Source of the DNA: Lepidodermella squamata
Taxonomy: Eukaryota; Animalia; Gastrotricha
Assembly: GCA_047495785.1 (NCBI GenBank)
Contig: JBLDXI010000046.1
Span: 62,001 to 126,000 of the forward strand
Length of the DNA: 64,000 nt
Direction: 5' to 3'
The notes beneath the pieces are model-generated. The model was not told the DNA's origin. It ran no database searches and worked only from the letters and a program-made list of their open reading frames with translations. Below are positions 1 through 13,183 of this stretch, one piece after another (position 1 is the stretch's first letter; each line of letters opens with the position of its first letter). The position numbers and the translations under genes were made by a program.

Positions 1-52
1 GCCCGTATGCGACCGGGCAGCAGCACTTTACGAATCAGGCTAGGCCCCCAAC

Positions 53-310
53 CCAGTGTGCGACTTTCAGGGGGGGATGGGGGGGATCATCCCCCCCAGC
101 TTGGCCGGGCCAGACAACAAAATGAGAATTTATCCCACTGTTTTGTTAATTTTGGAAGGTTCTGGGGCGTGTTTTAGTGGAAAATCTCCAAAATTTTCTC
201 GCTTCGCTCGGTTATTAGCCGAAATGACTCGTCCAACATCTTCAAACAGCAAAAAAAATTTTTCCATCCCCGGGAGCTCGCGGATCGAAGATCGCACCCT
301 GCCCCAACCT
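53..310. mobile_element. MITE-like repeat with CAGTGTGCGA terminus (related copies at ~11455-11647 and ~61560-61730)
   Basis: Reverse-complement similarity among three loci, e.g. ccccatccccctgaaattcgcacactg; inner boundary approximate. Confidence 0.55.
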
Positions 311-741
311 GATCACTTGGGAATTTTAGTTGGGAGTTTTAGTTAGAAGCTATTACGACCGACTTAGGTCAATCGATTGCCTTGCCTTGTTAAATCAAAT
401 CTTTCCCTCTGTTCGCGATATTTCCTCTGTGAAGTCGACGTTTACATCGAGATTTAGATCATTGCAACATGAATAAGGATTGTATTTAATCCGCTACTGA
501 TATGCTTCTTTTATATCCATATTATTTCACGCGTGTCATCGCGGTTGGAAGCGTTGAACAAATTAACCAGCAGACATTATCGTGCTAATTAGCCCATCGC
601 AAGTAATTTCTAAGACACGCGCAATGCGCATTATTAATAAAAATACAAAGAAAGATCACCTGTCGTGCATGCGACACATTTGGCGTGGCTTCAAGTAAAG
701 CAGGAACATGTTGCGCGGCTTTGTTGTTCAATTCACAGGCC

Positions 742-748
742 TATAAAA
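742..748 (+). promoter_or_regulatory. Candidate TATA box of the class C GPCR gene
   Basis: TATAAAA about 70 nt upstream of ATG 818. Confidence 0.4.
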
Positions 749-817
749 GTTCTCAAAATCGGCTATAATAAATATCTATTTTTCCATAGATAGTCAAACT
801 TTTTGAAGCTTCGAATC

Positions 818-3800
818 ATGCTTTATCGGTACATTTTAATGGCTGTGCTAAGCTTTTCCATTGTTAAAGCTGATACTCTCAAAATCTTGCTACCTGTCCT
901 ACTTCCAATGACAGGCGACGATCCTCGAAACGGTGAAGGATGCCGAGCTGGCGTTGATGTAGCTATTGATGCTTTCAATGCTAGACGCGCAAAAGACTAC
1001 ACCGTCGAGCCGGTCTACTTGGACGAGGCTGGCGGTGCTCTGCAGGCTGCGAAGCGGCTAGTGGAATTCACGAGGCGTGGCCTAGGCCCATCAGAACAGC
1101 TCGCCCCAGTTGTTGTCGGGCCCTACTTTACCGGTGGATGCAAGGCAGTGGCGACGTTCGTACACCACCTTAATATGGTTCAGGTAATACAGCATGTCTT
1201 TCTTTCAAGGATTCAGTAGGTCCCATAATTAACCGACCAACGACCAAACCCAGGATGTCAAAACTTGAAACGCCTTTTTGCTTAGGGCATCAGGAATTTA
1301 GGGGAGTTTGATACTATGAAGTGATGGTGAAGCCTCAAAATTAAGAATTTAGAGGCAATAGCACCTAAACTCAGTGTGCGAAGTAGGATCCGGGAGCTGG
1401 GGTGTTTTCTACTTGTTTTCTAGGACCCAGCCGAGGGAACCAAAGGGTCCCCCCGTGGTTTTTCCAGCCTTTCTCTGGTTACAGTCCCGGAGCTGGGGTG
1501 TCGCGACACCCCAGCAATCATGTACTTCGCACCTTGCCTAAACTCTTTATCATGGCAAGGGGCAAGGGGCTCGTTCTTGTAACTTGAAAACGCAGCCACC
1601 TTGAAGGGGAGTTTGGGTCTTACTGGATCCACCTCTTGGAAGTTTCTAACTCTTAGGTTTCTGTAAACTTCCTATGAGCATAACTAGGTAGCGAAGTGGC
1701 GTTCTCTGTGGAAAAACTCCAAACTTTCAGTATGTAGCCTCCAAAAATCTTCGATCACCCTGGCAGATTATGAGCATTGCTGTCACGCCAAGCAACCATG
1801 CAACCTGGTCACATGACTTTGGGCAGTTAGAGTCTCTCCAAATTAACCACAAACCACAAGATAACAAAGATCAACATTACAAACGTCCAGGACTTTCAAA
1901 TCCCTTCATTGTGCCGTGGTAATAGGGGGTATCGTACCCCCCCTCCCTAGTCTGAAGCGAAGGTGGAAAACCGCAAAAAACCCCTGAAGGACCTTTCGGT
2001 CCGAGAATTTGGGGGTCTAGTTCAAGGATCTTACTTCGCCTTTATGTTTCGAAGGAGGAACATCGAAGGATAGTGAAAGGATTCGAAGGATTCATTGTTT
2101 CACTCCTATAAACATGACCTTATTTTGCCGACGTTTATTCAAAAGGTTGCCATGAGTTGTGGCGCCCCTGCTATGACAGCACAGCGACGTCTGCTGCCAA
2201 ATTTCTACCGCATTCGTTCCGCTGGCGATATCTCCGTCTTCGCCACGCTCCATCTGATCAAAAATATCGGCAAGTGGCAACGAATCGCGATTCTGACATG
2301 GGCTGGCAACGTCTACAACTACCAAATCGCCTCGATTCTACAACAAGAATCACTGAAACAAAACATTTCAGTGCCATTTTTCGAAATTGCCGCCGATGTG
2401 GATGAAGAAATCCTTACGCATCTTAAAAAATCCGACCTTAGAATTATCGCCTACCCAGTCGCTGAAAATTCCATGATCAACAAGTTTCTCTGCCTGACTT
2501 ATAAAATGGGCATGACCGGACCGCGGTACCTCTTCATCTTATCCTACGTTGGCTATGCTGACCCTGACAGCTTGCCCTTGAAAATTTCAGACGGGTGTAC
2601 GAGAGATATGATAAAAACGCAGTATTTGATCTCGAAATGGACCGGCGGCCAGTTGGAGGCCGATAATGCGACGAGAGTTTCCGAACTCGGCTACAATTTA
2701 ACAACTTTCGATGATCTTTACATCCGCAAAATCGGCTTATCAAAGCAGGTATGTGTTGTCTGAAAATTGTTTTCAAGCAGTAACATTTTCAAAAATTTCA
2801 AAAATTCAAAAAAGTTTGAATCAATTGGAAAATAGGAAAATTTAATTTTTTCAAAATACATAATTCGAAAAGAAAAATGGAAAATTTCGAATTTTAGCCT
2901 GATTTTTCTTCCCATTCAATCCCATTTTCAGGTTTTCACACCCTATTTTCTCTTGGCTATTAAGTTTAATTATACTATTTCTCATTGTTAGAAACCAGCC
3001 GATCATATAAAACGTGTCCTATGCCACGATGCTGCATTAAAAGGCCTTTTAATCCTGGATGATACTCAGAAATCCCTGTTACGCCTCAACATGAGCCTGC
3101 GAGACTACGCGACAGTTCCCCGAGAAATCGCAGCAATAGCTAACCAATCAGCTGCGAAAGTTGCTTACACTGGCCTGAGAGCTGGGTGGCTGCAATATTC
3201 CAGCCGCCTCGAGCTCGATAACGATCCTCAGGTCGTCGTACAGTGGACGCCTGAATACGGCCCGAAAGTCGAATACAAAACAGTTCTGAAGCCGGGCGAT
3301 AAGGAGGATCCTTACTCCTACAGAGCTTACAATTTCGAAATTATCGACCCTGTTAGTTGGAACACAAAAAACGGCGAACCTCCACTGCAGAATCGAACAA
3401 TACTGAGGATTACTGAGGACGTCCCTCTAACCTTCCTATACTCAATGCCAAGTTTAGCAATCGCATCTTTACTGGTCCAAATTATTCTGTCGATTTACTT
3501 TAGGAAGTTTTCCCTCTTAGTTATAACTGGTCTCTTGTTGAACGCATCTTGTATCGCGTTTTCTGTCCCAACATCGATTTCACCGTCTGTGATTTGCGTT
3601 ACTCGCCCTGTTTTCGTTGTGCTATCCTTCGTAATACTTCACATTGTCATAAAGTCCCAGCTTATCAATCTTAAAGGCTCTCAAGGTAGTAGAGCGATTT
3701 ACAAAGCTCATACCGCGACAACAACGTTCCACACAATCGACAATAGGCAGCCGTCTCCTAGAGGCGATAACGTTTTTCTAGAATTACCGCCAACGGTTTC

Positions 3801-4266
3801 GATAAAATCAGCTAAGAAATGCAATAGATATATTGTTATGATACCTGTCATTCTTGATGTTGCAATTCTAATCATTTGGCTGTGTTCCGACCCGGTTAAA
3901 TCTAACATCGCTACATCCTCGCTGCCTGTTTATGATCTAATTTCGGACACACTTCAATTTAGTGAAACTGTTGTTTGCTCGTCTAATAATTATACGGCAT
4001 GGCTATTGACTCTGGCGCTTAGCAACGCCTTGAAGTTGATCTTCGAAGGCGTGTTGGTCTTTTTGATTGGCACATCAACGGCGATGAGGTCTCTGAGTGA
4101 GTTTCGAGCGGCGCGTGTCATTGTTGTTAATAGCGCATCACTGTTTTTCGGATCGTTGCTCCTCATTGTAGCGCTGCAAGCTGCGACAGGCCAGCTCGAG
4201 GCGCTAGCCATTGCGACGTTTCTACTGTCAGGCGTTTTAACATGTGTTTTTGCTCATTTCCGGTAG
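818..4266 (+). CDS. Class C GPCR, GABA-B-receptor-like (Venus flytrap + 7TM), ~747 aa; exons 818-1183, 2146-2748, 2992-4266
   Basis: Signal peptide; ANF/VFT motifs (VVVGP..TGGC, QVAMSCGAPAM..RRLLPNFYR, LCHDAA); GT-AG phase-0 joins keep frame; seven hydrophobic segments with GABA-B-type C..R in TM3 and DVAILIIW...DP in TM4; no Cys-rich domain. Confidence 0.85.
1372..1536. mobile_element. hAT-type MITE in GPCR intron 1
   Basis: TIR CAGTGTGCGAAGTA / TACTTCGCACCTTG; 8-bp TSD CCTAAACT on both sides; further copies at 12633, ~38812 and ~51421. Confidence 0.85.
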
Positions 4267-4636
4267 TTCGATGTGTCAATGGTTTATCTGAAGTCTGAGG
4301 TTAAATATAAAATATAAATCAATTGAAAAATATGATTGTTATCGTATAGCGGCAACCTTGGCAGCTTCCTGTGTGGGGTGCTTATGCTGTTAAAAGACCC
4401 TCGGAGCCTAATTATTCGTGCTGGATGTCAAATCTAACCTCACCAAAGTTTTTATTATTTAATGAAATCTCTTAGATAGATGATTGTAACGATTTTAGCT
4501 CATCATGACTTTGGTTAATTTCCTTCGGCTATGAATAATGAAACACTTCCTCGATGGCTGTGACAAAGTACAGCATGGCTCACAAATGCACCGCACACGA
4601 AATTCTCAGGGTATATATAGCCGTCTCAGACAATCA

Positions 4637-5667
4637 TCACACAAGCTGACAAGTCTCAAAGCCCGTAACGCCATATGCGATGCCGTCGGTATCAAACGCT
4701 AAACCATCCTGCACGATAATCCCGCAACACTTTTGGTAGGTTTCAGCAACGAAAGTATTAGGCGGTGCTGTGGTCTAAACAAGAAAATAACTATTACAAT
4801 GAGCAAACATTTCAGTCCAAAATCTACCGGTCCAGAGGTGACAGCAACACCGTCCGGATAATATGCGGTGTAAGGGAAGCGAATACATTTTCCATTCCGG
4901 GTATTAGCACGGTTACCGTTTACTTTGTACGCCTTATCGGTGTCGACTGTACCGATGCAAGCCAATACAGGTGGAGAGCCAGGAACAATCTCGTATAGCA
5001 GAGAATTAGTTCCTTGCGCTGCTGTGCAACATTCAGCGAAAGAGCTGAAAGTTTTCTTCGGAGCCGTCGATGCCTGATGAAAGGAAACCGTCTGTTAAAT
5101 TTCAGTTGAATCAGTTAATTCTTACAGTTGTTCCTGTTAAAAGAACAGAATCACATGCTCCAGCATTCGCTGTGCAGAATGGCACATTCGGCTTTGTGAT
5201 TGTTGCATCACCGCCTTGCGTCGTGGTTATTAAACACAGCTTGTAGGTGAGCTGATGGTGAATGAAAATTCACGGGCGATTAACGTTTCAGAAAATGGCT
5301 ATGAATTCAAGCTTACAGGGCTCGCGCAGGTTTGTCCTGACGGGCATTGAGTTGCTGACGTTGCGATGCAATTATTCGACGATTTATCGCAAACATTGGC
5401 GGCAGGCGTGCAGGTTTGGCCGCTCGGGCACGAAGATGAAGCAGCTTTTGTCACACAGCTGTTCGCCGTTGTATCGCATACAACACAGGTAGATCCAGGG
5501 ATACAGGCGTTGGCTGTAGCATAACAGGCCTGGCCATTAGGACAGGTTCCGGGATATTCCGTGACTGTTGCTGACCTCGGGCAAGACGTTGTCGAGGCAG
5601 GGCACGCAGTGACAGTGGCACAGACGGTGGCCAGTAGAGCGAAGGCTAAAGTTTCAAGTTTTGACAT
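4637..5667 (-). CDS. Secreted Cys/Thr/Pro-rich protein, paralogue A (~286 aa); exons 5667-5317, 5251-5126, 5073-4828, 4774-4637
   Basis: Signal peptide ending ..A|CP; three 52-65 nt phase-0 GT-AG introns; shared family Cys frame (FC.ANAGAC, CC, CIRFP, CC, terminal TC). Confidence 0.85.
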
Positions 5668-6194
5668 AATTCTCAAGTAATTACGTCGTAAGCAGCTTCA
5701 TCCCGTTAAAATTATCTGTTTTTTTTCCTCCGAGAATGGCCGACGAAATTCTGCCAGGGCATGCTCCCGTTCTGGTGCCGTATATTGTTGCGCACGGCCG
5801 CTGCACCTGGTCGCATTCTGAGGTTGGCGTCGAGAAAACTTGGTGGAAAAGTACGCATCATAATATATAGGAGTCGTATATGCTGCAAAATGATCTTCAA
5901 CTGCGCGCGGCGGCATCTATCTAGTGCTAATGTGTTGATGTTATTATATCAAAAACAACACCAGCGGCATTGATACGACGGATATGTATAACATCGCGTT
6001 GCCAGAACTAGCAATGGCTTGGATATCTATTTAACGTATCAGAAGTGGTCGGCCTGACGATCGTAATACATGCTGTGAGCGGCCAAGCTAAGGAAAGAAA
6101 CTTAACAACTGGGGCTGCAAAATTAAGACGAACGCGAGTTTTACTAATGGCACTGCTATTGCGATATCTGATCTATATCTGATTTTCTAGAGTT

Positions 6195-6980
6195 TTGTAT
6201 TCATTGTCGCGATCGCGTTCCGGCCATCATAGCAGCCTGGTCCGGCCGACGATTTCCAATGCGATATATGCGGCGGAAAATTCAAGAACAACCACGGTCT
6301 CTGAACAAGCAACGAGGGAAGAAGGCACAATGGTGCTTGTTAGAGACGTGATTTACGACGTCGATTTCAACGTCGATATCACACCGCAAACCGATGAACA
6401 ACCCATAGAGATGATAGTTTTAAGGTGGAGGAAACTGGCCAGCCTACCCCTCATGCCTTCGAACGGCTGGAGGTAAAACGACATCTCCGAGTTGACCGCA
6501 GACAGCCTAATTGGTTTGGTTTCTCTAAACTCGACGAGCCTGATTCCGACGTCTATCTCAACAAGCGGGATAACGCCACCGAGGTGGAGCATGCAGCTAT
6601 TTCGGCCGAAAACAATGATCCCGTCACCTACGAGCAAGCCATGGCAAGTCCTGATCGTCTTCAATGGCAAAGAGCTGTCGAGGAGGAAATGAGAGCGCTA
6701 AGACGAAACAATACCTTTGCGGTAGTGCCACGTCCGAAAGACAAGAAGGTCCTCGGTAGTCGTTTGTATTCAAACGTAAACGTGACCGAAACGGCCAGGT
6801 AGTCACCTGGAAAGCGTGTTTTGTATGTCAAGGTCACAGACAGCGCCCCGGAGTCCCCGGAATCTCCTACGACATCGACCATGTGTATGCTGCTGTTGCG
6901 AAAACTACGACCGTCCGACTGGTACTAGCCATCGCAGCTATGAATTCCTGGCCCGTGTACCAACTCGACGTGTGTTCGGC
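6195..6980 (+). mobile_element. Ty1/copia LTR retrotransposon pol relic (RT N-terminal part), frameshifted
   Basis: DPVTYEQAMASPDRLQWQRAVEEEMRALRRNNTF..VPRPKDKKVLGSR; downstream frame VAKTTTVRLVLAIAAMNSWPVYQLDV. Confidence 0.85.
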
Positions 6981-8388
6981 TGAGGTGGCACCGAGGTGGG
7001 CACCACGGCAGGGAGAAAACCATTGACGACCGGTTCTCGCGGTGGGATGGGGACAATGGTGTTAGCTAGAAAAAGAACGCTGATTCGGTTGACCGGTTTC
7101 CCTAACTCGGTGGCGTGATCCTAAAGGAGTGTTCTAGTAGCGCACAACTTATGCGGTCGAAGGATCGGCTATTTCGGACTTTAACCCCGTGATATATAAA
7201 CTGAAATGAAGAAATAATAAAATTACTGTTTTCCGAGCACATCAAACGCGTCGTAAATCACGCCTCTTGTCTAGCTAGTCAGCTGAACCAGCCGGTGTAG
7301 CGTATTAATCGGCCCCCCTCAGTAACTGTTCCCCTCTAGGAACAAACATATAGTAGCCACAGGTGTTAATGGCCTACCCAGCCGATAAGGCCCTTACCCC
7401 TAGAACGATCTATCCCCCTACATTCAGGTGAATGATGCAGGTGTAAAAGTTGACACGTTTGTACGAAAAACAATGAACAAATAAATGGGTGAATGCGCGC
7501 GTAATTTTGACGGTGTCACTTGATAAGCGCCGCACGACTTGTCGCGTTGAGAGCGTTGAGACTGCGTTGAGAATATTAGTATTTTTTCCGAGTTCGAAAA
7601 TTGAGCAATAGTGAAGAAATCGAGCAATCATTCCAGGAGACGTTTATTTTAGGGAGGCAATTATTAAAACGAAAACGTCGTATCATCACTTTGGTTGATA
7701 TGAGCAGTCTTGAAAAGGCAAGCCGTACTAAGTAAAATTTCGATTCAGAATCCCCCTGTCCACGTGATTCTCCTGGTTTTGCGCTGTTTTTTCAGCCGCT
7801 ATTATTCGAGGCGGGTTGTTTTTAACCCACTACTTATATGTATGAAATATATGCGACACGACCTGTCCAACGTAAAAATTGACCACGTGGCAGTAAAGCA
7901 ATAAATTTATTACACCCCCTAATTATCTCCTGATCTATGATGACTGCGAAAATTCTGAAAAAAGAAACGGATTCAGCGTATGAAATTTACTCCTCGATTT
8001 CAATCGATTTCAATCACATGAAAATTTAGTTTTTTTTTTCATTTTGTGTTTTCATGATCGCGATACATGTTTCTAGGGTAACTTTTTACGAGGAATTCAA
8101 TGGCGCAGTCCATTTTTCGATATTGATTTTTCCTGTATCGATTTTCGACCATCGATTTATTGATTATTGATTATTGGCTGATCGATCGATTTTAGACTTT
8201 TAACCCCCTTCCAGTGTTAGCAGAATTATGCTGGAAGGGCACGACTTTGTTTAACTACACGTTTACAGGTAAATTTCATGTTTTTATACCAATCTATATA
8301 TCTTCGAGTCATATTGGCTTCAACACATTCTTGAACCATTTTTCTGCCACCAGGGGCGTAAGCTCACCCCCTCAACCGTCAGCCGCCT

Positions 8389-9438
8389 GTGCTAGGGGTG
8401 GGCATTTTCCCCCCTTCCCCCCCGGAGTCGGAACACTGCCCGGACGATTTTGATGCTGCGGCAACGGCCTTTTTCTGCCTTCTAATCGACTGCTGGTTCG
8501 ATTGCTTTAATGGCGAAAGCAACTCCGAGGGTACCAGCAAGCCCGAGTCGTACCGCTTGAAACCAAACCTGCTCCGTACGAAAGACCCGACGATAAGCGA
8601 CTGACCTGGCTTGAGGAAACCTTCGTTCCATTAATCAAAGCTATCAACCAGGATAACAAAGCCGATAAATCTACTCTTTCCTGGCAAGCCAATCGGGCAT
8701 TGATCGAAACGACTACGAACATGGCGTCTTTGATTTGCTTCTGCTTGGCTCAAGGAGTCAAACAGTTTTACCCAGCAAGAGCGAATCAAGACGCAAATGA
8801 GATGCTTTTCAATCAATTCCGTAGAGACGGCAATTCCTCGAAATCCAACCCCACCTTCAGAGCTATTTCAGCGCCGTTCTGGGATATTGCGAGTTGCCGG
8901 CGGTTACTGGGGCGTATCTCGCGGGGGAAATGTGAAAGCTCGAGGGGCGGTTGCCTCACTGAGTATCAAAGTCGCGCGGCAGTTGAAGAAAAGTGCCTTC
9001 GAGAAGTCTCGGCAGTCCAGCATGCATCGTGTTCATTTGCCCAGCCATCTCACATTCGACCACAACGCCATCGCATGGGTAGGCGGATTTATCACGAAAA
9101 AACTGGGCCTCAAACCGACCGAGGCGTACCACAGTGACTACGTCGAGTTGCGCTCGCGCGGTGGTGCCACCCAGCCGAACGGCGACGTTATGGCCATCAT
9201 TAAGGTGGCTCTTTCAGCGAAGTACCGTGAAGATTTGACTACTTTCAAAAAGCTGGATGATGTGGCAAATCGTATGGGCGGCGAGTTGAACAAAATCAAA
9301 GAAAAATCGATCATTCTCCCGACTTTGTGCCGCCTCAAATACATCTTGGCACGAAAAACCGTGAGATTTTATCGCCAAAAATTTGGAGCATCCTCCTTAT
9401 CACTGCGTTCAAGTCTAAAGCAATTCAAAAAAGACTAA
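8389..9438 (+). mobile_element. P-element/THAP9-like transposase C-terminal relic, frameshifted
   Basis: TAFFCLLIDCWFDCFN, NQDANEMLFNQFR (QD.LE.FF..R-like motif), IAWVGGFITKK and SRGGATQP resemble the P-transposase RNase H and C-terminal regions, spread over several frames. Confidence 0.65.
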
Positions 9439-9756
9439 TTATTTTCCGTTTTATTTTTGACGATTTTCGTCCGATTTGCTCAGCTTTACCCTTGTGATAG
9501 TGAAAATATTTACCGAAGCAATAAAAATCATGATTTTCTAAAATTGATCTATGGTTTTTCATCTTTTCACTTGCAAAGTAGCACTTACGGCGTATGAAAG
9601 ACTCTTTTTTCTCGAAATCAGCAGTTTCATCACAAAATCTGGCGCCAAAAGATAATGAGATGATTCATCTCATTATTTTCAAAACGCGACCTTCGACCTC
9701 ATTATCTCTCATTTCACTTTTTTCTCGTAAAAAGCCCAGCTGCGGCGTCCTAGCTA

Positions 9757-10097
9757 TGTCTCATGGGCGAAGAAGGTCCAAAAGGAGAGGTAAAGGTAAG
9801 AAAATTCATAATCAAGCTGTCGAAAACAAAATTTGTACGAATTCCGAATTACTCAAACACGAACAAATCGGGACAATAAATGTAGGAACATTTAACGAAA
9901 ACGATTTTGATATTTTGGAAACGTTTGAATACAATAATCTTATGGCAATGGGGCTCCAGGAGGTCAGGAGGACAGGTTCCGGGGAGCTAGAAATCGGTAA
10001 ACACATCATGTATTACTCTGGAAGAAAGGAAGCGCAGAGAGGTGTCAGAGTCGTTATTAGAAACAAAATAAATAATATTTCCGACCGAATGATGACA
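9757..10097 (+). mobile_element. LINE APE endonuclease fragment (RTE/L2-type)
   Basis: IGTINVGT, MGLQEVRRTGSG, YYSG, RGV, ISDRMM motifs. Confidence 0.75.
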
Positions 10098-10436
10098 GTT
10101 TATGACCTAACTTCGGAAACACTTCATTTTAGTGAAACCGTTGTTTGCTCGTCTAACAACTATACAGCATGGCTTTTGACTCTAGCTCTTAGCAACGCGT
10201 TGAAGTTGGTCTTCGAAGGCGTGTTGGCCTTTTTGATTGGTACGACAACGGCGATGAGGTCTTTGAGTGATTTTCGAGCGGCGCGTATCGTTGTTGCTAA
10301 CAGCGCTTCACTGTTTTTCGGATCGTTGCTCCTCATTGTTGCATTGCAAACAGCTACAAGTCAGCTTTTGGCGCTGGCCATTGCGACTTTCATGCTTTCA
10401 GGTGTTATGACCTGTGTTTTCGCTCATTTTCGGTAG
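10098..10436 (+). pseudogene. 3' duplicate (ECL2-TM5-TM7) of the class C GPCR
   Basis: Colinear, highly similar to 3928-4266 and ends at the same AHFR-stop; 5' part replaced by LINE sequence. Confidence 0.85.
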
Positions 10437-11870
10437 TGTGAAATATCAACCTGTGGCTACTTATATAATTAAAATTGACAAATATGATCAGTTCTGAATT
10501 CAGTTTTCGATTTGGTATGGATTTAGCGAGGACATTCAAAGTCTAGTCCTGCTATAGATCTCAAATCTAATGTAGCCCAAGCCATACACTGTGGTCTGAA
10601 ACAAGAGAGCGAAGTAGGACAGCCAAACTTGTTAGGATAAGGAAAATCGACATAAGGATCTTGGCACCAAACGCAACCAACTTGAAAATGATGTCTTTTT
10701 CTAAAATTTCGGGCATATCAGGTCATGATCTCAAAGTGATGATCAGGCCTCATGCAAGAAAATGGCGCAGAAATTCACGCTCTTCTTTGGATTTCTTGTA
10801 ATAAATCGCGATACTCTAAACATATTTGAAAGCTCATTTTGGACAAATAAACTTTTGGAAATGGGCTCTGCTTCCCATCTGATTCGGTTCCGCCACAAGC
10901 TAATTTAGGTCAGCTAATAATGAAACACCATATCTATGTTTTCCTTATCCCTAAAGTTACATATACTTTTTCAAAAGATTTCGTTTGTAAGGACTAGTTA
11001 TCAAAGCATGGTTCATTTACAAGACACCCTTCGACAATGAAAATTTTCAAATTGAAGATCTACCCGCCGATATTATGGTGATACCGGTAGAAAATATAGG
11101 CTATAGGAATTAAGTAACACCTGAAAAAATCGCATTTAAAATTGCAATGACACGACCAAGTTACCAAGTCACCAAGTCACCAAGCTATCTGGACGACAAC
11201 ACGCGAGCGACCGTGGCTGATGGACGACAGCAATGGCTGACTGGACTTTGACCCGGAAAATCGGAAACATAATATTGCGAACAGATTGAACTACTAGTGA
11301 AGAATGCGGATTTCTTCAAATCATTGCGTTTTCATATAGGTAATGCTCACGTCGCTGAGCGGTAATAAAATTGATTAAAAGTGACTGGTAATTAGGCATT
11401 TACTCCCAGTGTGCTAATGACTCGGAGAGGGTTACAAGGTGCGACATTTGCCCCTAGCGCCTGCACTTTGAATATCTGCGAGAGCAGGATGCGATCTTGG
11501 ATCCCGGAGCTGCCAGGGATGGAAAATTGTGTTCTTTTTGCCGAAATGACTTGTTAGTCATTTCAGGTAAAAAGCGAGCGAATCGAGAAAATTTTGAAGA
11601 ATCATCCCTTAATGTGATCCCCCATCCCCCTGAAATTCGCACACTGCATACTAGTACATACTACATACTACGAATATCGAATTTTCCCAAAGTGGCTATA
11701 TTCACAAATTGAGCCGCATTCACATTTTGGTTCATAAGGCATTTTCACCTTCTGTAACCTCGAAGTTCATTAAGGCTTTTACAGCTGAGCTTTCCAACTC
11801 ACTATGCATGAATGACTCATAAATAAAGGCTATGAAAGAAGCGTGTGCATTAAGGCTAAGTAGGAATATA

Positions 11871-12301
11871 CCGTAGTTACCGAAATATAAGCCCCCACTC
11901 GTTTAGAAGCCTGTCTCGATTAGAAGCCTAGGTAAATTGAAATTCGTTGATGCATAGTCCTATCTCGAATAGTAGCCTATGCTACTACGGCACGTGTGCT
12001 CTGCTGCGCTTAACGGTATTTAAAAACGAAAAATGCGTGAAGATGTGTAATAATCTGCTGTTTATGATGATTTTAGTGAAAGCTTTCCTTATTAGTCTTG
12101 ATTTCCAGCTATTAGACGACCTAGCTAATAACTAATAGTGAATACTTGAGTTTTGAGATTGAAAGACGGAAAGTAACGTCAGGTCTCCGTTGCATAAGCC
12201 TATCTCAAATAGAAGCCTAGTCTTGAATAGAAGCCTACTTTTCCCCATTTTTCGAGGTATCATTTTTGCACAAGCCCGGGTTAGTATTTCGGTAACTACG
12301 G
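11871..12301. mobile_element. Tc1/mariner (Tc2/pogo-like) MITE
   Basis: TIR CCGTAGTTACCGAAATA at both ends, flanked by TA; internal repeats tctc.a.tagaagccta. Confidence 0.8.
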
Positions 12302-12632
12302 TAGTATAAGTAATTCATAGCCATGAATCCGCGTATAATTATTGCTGGGTATACAATGATTAAACATTAAAATAGCGATAATATATACATATTGTTATGT
12401 GATCAATCGCGAAAAAATGTCCATTTCGATGCAAAATTTTTTGAAAAAAATATTAAAAATTTAGAAATCAAGCAAAAACACTCAACCAAAACTGAACGCA
12501 AATTATGAATACATATCGTTTAGCGTCGTCGTTGAATAACTCGAATTTAAGCTTGTTTACATCCTTTTCAAGGCGACGGGTGACAAGTTAACAGCGGCAT
12601 TTTTAATTTTTGATTTTGTGAATGCTTGGCGC

Positions 12633-12799
12633 CAGGGTGCGAAGTACAGGGGTGCTGGGGAGTCGCCGACACCCCAGCTCCGGGACTCCAACCAGAGGAA
12701 GGCTGGAAAAACCACAGGGGGGACCCTTTGGTTTCTTCGGCTCGGTCCTAGAAAACAAGTACAAAGCACCTCAGCTCCCGGATCCTACTTCGCACACTG
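12633..12799. mobile_element. hAT-type MITE (same family as 1372-1536, opposite orientation)
   Basis: TIRs CAGGGTGCGAAGTA / TACTTCGCACACTG; 8-bp TSD CTTGGCGC. Confidence 0.9.
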
Positions 12800-13183
12800 C
12801 TTGGCGCCCTCGCGCGGGCATATTATGAAACACCGGACGAGAAAACAAAACAATTATGTTGTTGTACATATTGTTATATTTAATTCAACTAATTTTACGA
12901 GTGTAACTTATTATTTTCCGCCAGCACTTGAACATTTGAATTTGGACCTGACATTTTTCTCGAATGATGAAATATAGACAAGCGTAGTGGCGCCTCCTTC
13001 CACCCTGCCATCAACATGCGAAAAACTCGAAGAAAAACAATAAGTGTTTGCATGTATGTGTATTTTACTTTCCAACTTCAAATAATGGAACGGAGAAATT
13101 CAAATCACGCGAAACAAATTGCTATAACGTTAAAACATCAGTCCATGCGTCGATGCAAGATGCAAGACGTTGATCAAAGCTCT

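Noticed and set aside
11156-11185. Short (ACCAAGTC)n tandem repeat
   Set aside because: About four units, no associated structure
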